From positions 34,439-98,438 of the IMG/VR virus record IMGVR_UViG_3300021197_000592: DNA of 64,000 nucleotides; one strand, 5' to 3'. Origin of the DNA: a virus. This document shows positions 57,847 to 64,000 of the stretch, piece after piece (the first letter of the stretch is position 1; each line of letters opens with the position of its first letter). The notes beneath the pieces are model-generated. The model was not told the origin of the DNA and did not search any database. It saw nothing but the letters and a program-made list of their open reading frames with translations. The position numbers and the translations under genes were made by a program.

Positions 57847-58359
57847 TCATTCCTTACTTATCTGACAATCCATGTTGTCATTGCCGTTCCATATGTAATC
57901 GGCCTTCTCGTCACTTCTCAGGTACGCATTGTACGCTGTGTTCATTCGTAGTCTCGTTGAGTCTACTATCGACTGTGCGTAATCCTCTGCGGTTGTGAAG
58001 AACCCTCCACCACTTCGCTTGTTCCTGACAAGCAACTGTTGCATTTGCGGGGACTTCTCCCATGCTTCTGCTAGTGCCTTCTTCAACAACTCCAACTGTC
58101 CATCTCTGAACGATTGAATCTCATCAGGCATCGCACTCTTCTTCCCTGTTGTGAAGGGCTTGTCGGCGATATCCGAGAAACAAGTCCTGATTGCACTGTA
58201 AAGCGCGACTCTCTTCGCGGGCTTGTTGTCACCTGCCTGAACTAGGTTGGGAACCGATATCAGTTCGATATGTTCCGACTCCCAATCCTCATGGTTGGAG
58301 AACCATAGGTCTATCTTCGTTTTTATTGCATTCCATCTTTCATCTGTCATTTCTGCCAT
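57847..58359 (-). CDS. Hypothetical protein, paralogue of 60953-61414
   Basis: Shared motifs W..K, SAI(R/K)T, (K/R).SA, L..N.RS..F. Confidence 0.7.
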   Translation of the reverse strand: MAEMTDERWNAIKTKIDLWFSNHEDWESEHIELISVPNLVQAGDNKPAKRVALYSAIRTCFSDIADKPFTTGKKSAMPDEIQSFRDGQLELLKKALAEAWEKSPQMQQLLVRNKRSGGGFFTTAEDYAQSIVDSTRLRMNTAYNAYLRSDEKADYIWNGNDNMDCQISKE

Positions 58360-58361
58360 TC

Positions 58362-58658
58362 TTATTCCTCCTTGTTATATCTTGGTAGTTGCCTTGAGAT
58401 AAAATCCCAAGAGGCCTCCAACTCTACGTTGTCCTCTACAACTTCCTCGACTGTCTTGTTACCACGCATCACATCCTTTATCTCATCACCCCATAATGTG
58501 AGCAATGACCATGCATACGCTGGTATCATCAATTGGATTGCCATGTCATCACCAAGGAACTCTTGGATTAGATACCATGTTGCAACCATCGATGTCAGTA
58601 ATGTGGATGTTATTCCACTTGCTATTGTTTTAATTATTATTCCATTCATTTCATTCAC
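58362..58658 (-). CDS. 2-TM membrane protein
   Basis: Two hydrophobic segments, GGTGA RBS. Confidence 0.6.
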   Translation of the reverse strand: MNEMNGIIIKTIASGITSTLLTSMVATWYLIQEFLGDDMAIQLMIPAYAWSLLTLWGDEIKDVMRGNKTVEEVVEDNVELEASWDFISRQLPRYNKEE

Positions 58659-58689
58659 CTTTTATCTCTCTAGATTTCATTTGTTTTAT

Positions 58690-58850
58690 TTTCCAGTGTA
58701 ACAGAAGTCATCTGGAAACATAGGTAGGTCACGGGTGACCCCTTGAAGCAGGGAAAACGGATTCGTGCTACAGAAGAGAGAAAGAAATTGAACACTATTC
58801 CAATGATTAGAAACCTTTCCCGTTTTTACTTGGTAAACCCTGCTCTTGCG
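58690..58850 (-). ncRNA. Candidate structured RNA element
   Basis: AGCAGGG/CCCTGCT and AAAACGG/CCGTTTT nested stems, plus GGTCAC/GTGACC and TTCCAG/CTGGAA hairpins. Confidence 0.4.
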
Positions 58851-58854
58851 AGTG

Positions 58855-59358
58855 TTATGCTGTGAACCAACTTGGCCTCTCGGTCTTCCAAGAAGCAAAG
58901 TGGTTTTTGTCGTGCATGTAATACGCACGGTATTTATCGACAACTGACATTTCGTCAAAGTCGTCTAGTTTTCTACAGTTCATATCGTCAGATATTGCAA
59001 CTGCAAATGGAGTTAATCCGATGTCTGGTAGTTCGGACTCCAAGGTAATCCATGTGGCATCATACTCAGTGAGACACCATTCTACCTTGTGGCGCTTACC
59101 ATACCTGCGAGTGTACTCCTTGCAAAGCGCAAGGGTATGCTCTCGCAACCAATTGAAGTTCTGCCTTGATTGTCTAGCCCAAATCGTGCAAGGGTGATTC
59201 AGCATCACGGGAGCAAATGGAGTTTGGTAGTCATGTAGATTCGCAATGGTACACATCATCTGCATACTCTCGGTCGGCATCTTGACTACGTGTTTATCCA
59301 CCATCATCTTCGCACTCTCTGTTGGGCATTCGCTTAATACAAATATATTCATTTTCAT
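58855..59358 (-). CDS. Pyrimidine-dimer DNA glycosylase (T4 endonuclease V-like family)
   Basis: MNIFVL...DKHVVKM..E..Q, NHPCTIWAR, LCKEYTRRYGKRH, YRAYY...W..R.PSW. Confidence 0.85.
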   Translation of the reverse strand: MKMNIFVLSECPTESAKMMVDKHVVKMPTESMQMMCTIANLHDYQTPFAPVMLNHPCTIWARQSRQNFNWLREHTLALCKEYTRRYGKRHKVEWCLTEYDATWITLESELPDIGLTPFAVAISDDMNCRKLDDFDEMSVVDKYRAYYMHDKNHFASWKTERPSWFTA

Positions 59359-59364
59359 TCACCT

Positions 59365-59895
59365 GTTATTTTGTTGTGGGGAAGGACAGAGGAACCACCC
59401 TCGTTGCTACAGTACGGAACTAATGGCAAGCCAAAACGTTAAACAGAACTGTCCTTTTTATTCGCAACAAACCCCGTTTCTCTACCATCGGATGTGAAAT
59501 GTAAACATTCCGCTCTGACAGTTGGAGTCTAATTGTTACAGAGAAGTAGTCGTTCTATGCCGAAGTCTTCGGGTGGGAACTAGTGGACTCTACAGCCATT
59601 TCGTGCATTGAAAGTCTCTCGACTCTCTTGCCTTACTAGTGGGTAGAGATGGTTTCCACATCTCAATATCCAAACGTGATTTACTTTGCTTTACACGTTT
59701 TACTGTTGTCAACATATGCGTATTTATCGCGGTCTGATTCGCTACGACTTAATCGGTGATATCAAGCCAATGCGTTCCGGTATAATGTTCCTATTAATGG
59801 AAAATCAGATACGGCAACATACCCTATCACTTTCTACTTTTTATTTTTACAAACTCTGTTTTATTCCCAAGGAGACACCACTCTACCTTGGTTTT
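59365..59895 (-). ncRNA. Candidate large structured ncRNA (~500 nt)
   Basis: No convincing ORF; many stems, with GNRA tetraloops (GAGA, GAAA) on the - strand. Confidence 0.5.
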
Positions 59896-59899
59896 CACT

Positions 59900-60350
59900 T
59901 CAAGCGTCCTTTTGGGACACTAGGAGTAATACGAGATATCCTATCAAATCCTTGATAACATCCTCATCGCTTTCCATTGAATCATTGCCTAGCATTAGGC
60001 GATTCAACTTGTCGTCAATCCTGACCTTGATTTGCTCATCCGTGGATGCCTTGGAGAATATGCGGTTCGGACTCAATGCCGAATCCCCATACTGCTCGTT
60101 CTTTGCCAAGAGCATCTTCTTCACTTCCTCAATTACTTCTTCTATTCTTTTCTGACTATCACTTTCTGTCATGTTCTTCACTTCCTTCCACTTTCCATCT
60201 GGTGCTGGTTGCATATGCTGCATACCGTTGAAAGGCTGGGTTGTCACCTGTGCCTTCGGTCCTAGAGTTGGCTTATACTCCTGCTTGAAGTTTGCAACCA
60301 TCTCATCTATTTCATTTTCACTTTCACTTTCAGTTTTCTTCTTCCATGCC

Positions 60351-60361
<11 letters not shown>
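59900..60361 (-). CDS. DUF1599/nucleotide-modification-associated domain protein (start uncertain, possibly 60172)
   Basis: KNEQYGDS...VRIDDKLNRL...EDVIKDLIGYLVL. Confidence 0.75.
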
Positions 60362-60740
<379 letters not shown>

Positions 60741-60952
60741 AAAGAGTAGAGTCGGTTAAGTATAGATTAGGAATAAGTCGCAGATAGAAGCGACTCAGGA
60801 TTCTCACTAAGGGTTTGGCTAAAACCCCTTTAAACGGACCCCGCGCTCATCTGTACCTTTTCCAAGTTTATTTCTGAGATTAAAAGTTGCTACCATATGG
60901 TGGGAAACTTTGTGTTCACCCTAATGTGTGCCGGGAAGACAACATCACCGAC

Positions 60953-61414
60953 TTAGTTAGCCTCCTGAAAACTAACTAGGCTGTCGGCAGAGCCGTCCCA
61001 ACCTGCTTTGCTGGCTGAGATTGCGTTTCTGCGCATGACTCCAATCATGAAGTCTGCCCAAGCATCCCCATCACGGAAGTGCGATATCTTGCTCCTTCCG
61101 TTTGGTAGGACAAGCCCAGCAATAGCCGGGTGCGAATCGAAGACGGTTGAAACCGCCTTGATTGCCTCACTTGCCTGAGTGAAGGTCGTCAATGCCTCAC
61201 CGGATAGAGCGGATGCCCTGCCCACTGGTGCGCCATCGAAGTCCTCTAGCATGGTCTTGATTGCTGAGGTTACCTTCGTCTGTGTCGTTACGTTGTTGTC
61301 TCCCTTACCGATTAGTACCTTACAGGTTGATGCAGTCATTTCATCGACTGAACCTCCCTTTAGGAAACTGTTCACGGTGGTCTTAAATTCATTCCAATTT
61401 TCCATTTGTGCCAT
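60953..61414 (-). CDS. Hypothetical early protein, paralogue of 57847-58359
   Basis: True start MAQMEN (61414) with AGGAG RBS. Confidence 0.7.
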   Translation of the reverse strand: MAQMENWNEFKTTVNSFLKGGSVDEMTASTCKVLIGKGDNNVTTQTKVTSAIKTMLEDFDGAPVGRASALSGEALTTFTQASEAIKAVSTVFDSHPAIAGLVLPNGRSKISHFRDGDAWADFMIGVMRRNAISASKAGWDGSADSLVSFQEAN

Positions 61415-61562
61415 ATTTCTTTCTCTCCTTTGTTGGTTGTGTCTTTCCCGACATCTAAGAGGCTGAAACAACTCTTATGAGGTAGCATTTACAAAGTTAT
61501 ACTACCATATGGTAAGACACTTTGTCGGCGTACCCTCATAAGGCTGAAAAAATCTGTTGGGT

Positions 61563-61799
61563 ATGAGAACTGAGATTGAATACGAGTCATATATCAAAAA
61601 TGGTGGCTTGATTGAGAGAAAAACGATGGTCTACTTTGACAGTGATGAAGAACTGATAGATTACTGGGAAAGCCTCGGTGAATTTGCCGAAAAGGTCTAT
61701 GGAAGCATGAGGCAAAGGTGGTTAGTCACCAAGACCGAGTGGGTCACACTAGCGGAATACAAGAAAGACATGATTTTAACAGGAGATGAAGAAGAATGA
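61563..61799 (+). CDS. Hypothetical early protein (probably leaderless)
   Basis: ATG 21 nt after the CTCATAAG box. Confidence 0.6.
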   Translation: MRTEIEYESYIKNGGLIERKTMVYFDSDEELIDYWESLGEFAEKVYGSMRQRWLVTKTEWVTLAEYKKDMILTGDEEE

Positions 61800-61978
61800 T
61801 AACAGAAGCAAAGGAAATGATAAAGCCATTCAAGTACGAACTAGAAGTTGGACACTCCAAGTCTGGTTCAGACCACGTAATCATCATCAAGAGCCTTAGA
61901 GTTCGCGGTGATGACCTAGCGGAATCACTCGCAGAGTTGAAAGCCGCACTAGTCGCATTCAGGGAGATGAACCTTTAA
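61796..61978 (+). CDS. Hypothetical protein
   Basis: ATGA and TAATG coupling. Confidence 0.6.
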   Translation: MITEAKEMIKPFKYELEVGHSKSGSDHVIIIKSLRVRGDDLAESLAELKAALVAFREMNL

Positions 61979-62373
61979 TGCCTCTAATCGTTGGAATCGT
62001 CAACGGACCTGACAAAGGCTTCACAAGTCGAGAAATATCACTAGTCAACGGGTTCGGCTTTGGTATACTGGCGACCCAAGCGGGTGTTGGTCACATTGGT
62101 GATAGGTACGGGACAAAAATGACCCCTGCTGAGTTCAGGCGAAGAATGCTCATGGTCAACCTAGCCAATGAGATATTCGACATGGGTGACTTCTATGATG
62201 TTATGACTCTTGAGTTCTGTGAGAGATTGGCTGAGGCTGATTGGTCTTGTAATACAACCAATTGGGATAAGAGGAAGTTCAACAACGAGTTCAAGAACTG
62301 GTTGGTTCGTTTGGAGGAAACAAAATTGAGAGATTTTGAGAGGAAACACGCAAAGAGTCGTGAGGAAGAGTAA
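61978..62373 (+). CDS. Hypothetical protein
   Basis: 131 aa, coupled to the upstream ORF. Confidence 0.6.
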   Translation: MPLIVGIVNGPDKGFTSREISLVNGFGFGILATQAGVGHIGDRYGTKMTPAEFRRRMLMVNLANEIFDMGDFYDVMTLEFCERLAEADWSCNTTNWDKRKFNNEFKNWLVRLEETKLRDFERKHAKSREEE

Positions 62374-62501
62374 TTCTTCTCACTTCTCAAGGTGGTCCCC
62401 CAAAGTGTCCCCACCATATGGTAGTGCAACTTTGTAGAGACTACCTTAAGAGATGTGGGTATGACACCCTAGCATGAATACAAAGAAATGGAGGAAGAAT
62501 A

Positions 62502-62693
62502 ATGCCGACATACAAGATTATCCGCTTTAGGTTTGAAGGCAGGAATAGAACCATCAAGAGGGGATTAACCCTTGAAGAGGCTCAAGAGCATTGCAAAGAC
62601 CCGGAGACATCCGGTAGTACCTGCTCAGACTTGAAGAAGCGTGGCATGTGGTTTGATGGTTACGACATTGAAGGCGGAGATAGGTACTCTTAG
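62502..62693 (+). CDS. Small phage protein
   Basis: YKIIRF..RTIKRGLTLEEAQEHC.DPETS..WFDGY; GGAGG RBS. Confidence 0.65.
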   Translation: MPTYKIIRFRFEGRNRTIKRGLTLEEAQEHCKDPETSGSTCSDLKKRGMWFDGYDIEGGDRYS

Positions 62694-62701
62694 TGAACTC
62701 A

Positions 62702-62807
62702 AGCCCCGATGATAGGTGAATCGCACCCTCCCCGGTAACTCGGTGTTGGCATACGTGTCAAACAGAAAGTGCCGGGGGCATGGGCGCACTGAATATCATT
62801 CGGGGCT
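62702..62807 (+). ncRNA. GC-rich rod-like hairpin
   Basis: AGCCCCGA-TGATA / TATCA-TTCGGGGCT outer stem; CCCGG/CCGGG; TGTT-GGCA-TACG-TGTC-AAACA apical stem. Confidence 0.5.
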
Positions 62808-62894
62808 GGTTCCAATGGGGGTTCTGCAAAGCACAACCATATGGTAAGCAAACTTTGTATGCGCACCTCATAAGTCATAACAACGCCCCCTTAT

Positions 62895-63432
62895 TGTCAG
62901 TTGACGGACTGACACGGTAGTGACGGAATACCCCCCACCGGGGTAACGTGCAGTATCCCCTGTCGTGGGGCAATCACACCTAGAGATAGGAGTCGTTGGA
63001 AAGGATGGTAACGCATCTGATACTGGCTGGTGTCGTAAATTTACTTAATGTAGGTGAAGGAACACTATTCGGGTACACATAACTCCCGACTACCACTCAC
63101 ATTCCCCACGGAACTGATGGGTGTCAAGACACTAGAAGTGCGCTTGGTTGAAGGTTGAGGTCTTGAATGAACTCCCTTACCTAGACTTCAACGATGATGT
63201 CCTCTCCCCTGACGTTCTATTCACATTCCTTAAGGAACTGACGGAGATAAAGTAGCCAAAGGGGGTAAAGCCTCGTAAAACGCGATTTATCAAAAACTTG
63301 CGACAACAGTGGTGTAAGACGCGGAGAATTCTAGATAAACACTCCACGCTGTAATGCCTGTCCCTCCATGTATGAAACGGTATGCTTGCTGCCGCTGTCT
63401 CCTAACGTTCCTTCAGGGATGCTAGGTAGTCT
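62895..63432 (+). ncRNA. Candidate large structured ncRNA (~540 nt) behind a dyad promoter
   Basis: Starts ~21 nt after CCTCATAAG with a TGTCAGT/ACTGACA hairpin. Further stems: TACCCC/GGGGTA, CAGTATC/GATACTG, CGTGGGG/CCCCACG, GTTGAAG/CTTCAAC. No ORF >=60 aa. Confidence 0.55.
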
Positions 63433-63507
63433 GCCAAAGTCTTCCTACCATATGGTAAGTAAACTTTGTAAACGCACCATATAAGATATTGAAACCGGCC
63501 TTAGTTG

Positions 63508-63684
63508 ATGTATTACGATATGGAATGCGAATGTTGTGGCAAAATAGTGGAGATAACTGGGGCCTACCTCGGTTTGATTCAGGATGCATACTGTGAGGTA
63601 TGTGGGTTTGATGGTGAGGAATGTGGCCTTGTCTGTCAAGACCTTGAGAGTGAGCATAAACAGTATGAAAAGGGGGAGAACTGA
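63508..63684 (+). CDS. Cys-rich Zn-ribbon protein (58 aa, leaderless)
   Basis: MYYDMECECCG...YCEVCG...CGLVC; ATG 23 nt after CCATATAAG. Confidence 0.6.
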   Translation: MYYDMECECCGKIVEITGAYLGLIQDAYCEVCGFDGEECGLVCQDLESEHKQYEKGEN

Positions 63685-63686
63685 TT

Positions 63687-63854
63687 ATGTTTCAGAGGAG
63701 ACACTTCAACTGGATGATTGACCTAATGGTTGAACTTGACTTGAATAAGGTTCAGGAAGAATGGATGATTATCAGACTATCAGAGACAAACGAGAATTTC
63801 AAGCATGATAGATTTAGGGCAGCACTACACGCAGAAAAGGACAGATATGAATAA
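63687..63854 (+). CDS. Small phage protein (55 aa)
   Basis: MFQRRHF...LSETNENFKHDRFRAA; GGGGAG RBS. Confidence 0.6.
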   Translation: MFQRRHFNWMIDLMVELDLNKVQEEWMIIRLSETNENFKHDRFRAALHAEKDRYE

Positions 63855-64000
63855 ACAGGAGAATATGAATAATCGGGATTCGTCCCACTTGGGGTTATCT
63901 CAAAGTTCACAACCATATGGCTTTGCTTTTCAAATTTTTTTTTCTATTTGTTTTCTGTTATGCATTCTAAATGCTGAATTTAATCAAGAATGAATAAAAT

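Larger units (their letters stand above)
60883..63925. promoter_or_regulatory. Six copies of dyad motif CAAAGT-Nn-ACCATATGGT-N5-6-ACTTTGT-N7-8-CC(T)CATAAG-like
   Basis: ACCATATGG cores at 60892, 61504, 62413, 62836, 63447 and 63912, all intergenic. Confidence 0.8.

Noticed and set aside
60883-63925. ACCATATGGT repeats as a CRISPR array
   Set aside because: Spacing is 420-910 nt and irregular, repeats are degenerate, and genes lie between them.

Overview
About 64 kb of a tailed (Caudoviricetes, siphovirus-like) archaeal virus genome. Gene content and organisation best fit a magrovirus infecting Marine Group II/Poseidoniales; this host call is an inference. 1-30.2 kb (+ strand) is the tail module: tail tube, gpG/gpGT chaperone with a -1 frameshift site, short tape measure, tail-tip proteins, a 3262-aa fibre, a LamG gene array and a fibre chaperone. 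30.3-60.4 kb (- strand) is an archaeal-type replication/repair/transcription block: DEDD exonuclease, MCM-like ATPase, ERCC4, PriS-PriL primase, split PolB, PCNA, Cas4-like nuclease, RPA, RFC, ATP-dependent ligase, PC4, TFB, class II RNR and pyrimidine-dimer glycosylase. 60.4-64 kb holds an origin-like repeat region and small early genes separated by a six-copy dyad motif. The most notable candidate system is an apparently complete virus-encoded ubiquitin-like conjugation pathway (Ubl ending GG-SL, E1/ThiF, E2-like, half-RING protein, JAMM protease) interleaved with nrdJ and TFB. Also notable are two seemingly homologous ~500-nt structured non-coding RNAs and the palindromic promoter/cassette elements. 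All calls are from motif reading by eye; no searches were run.
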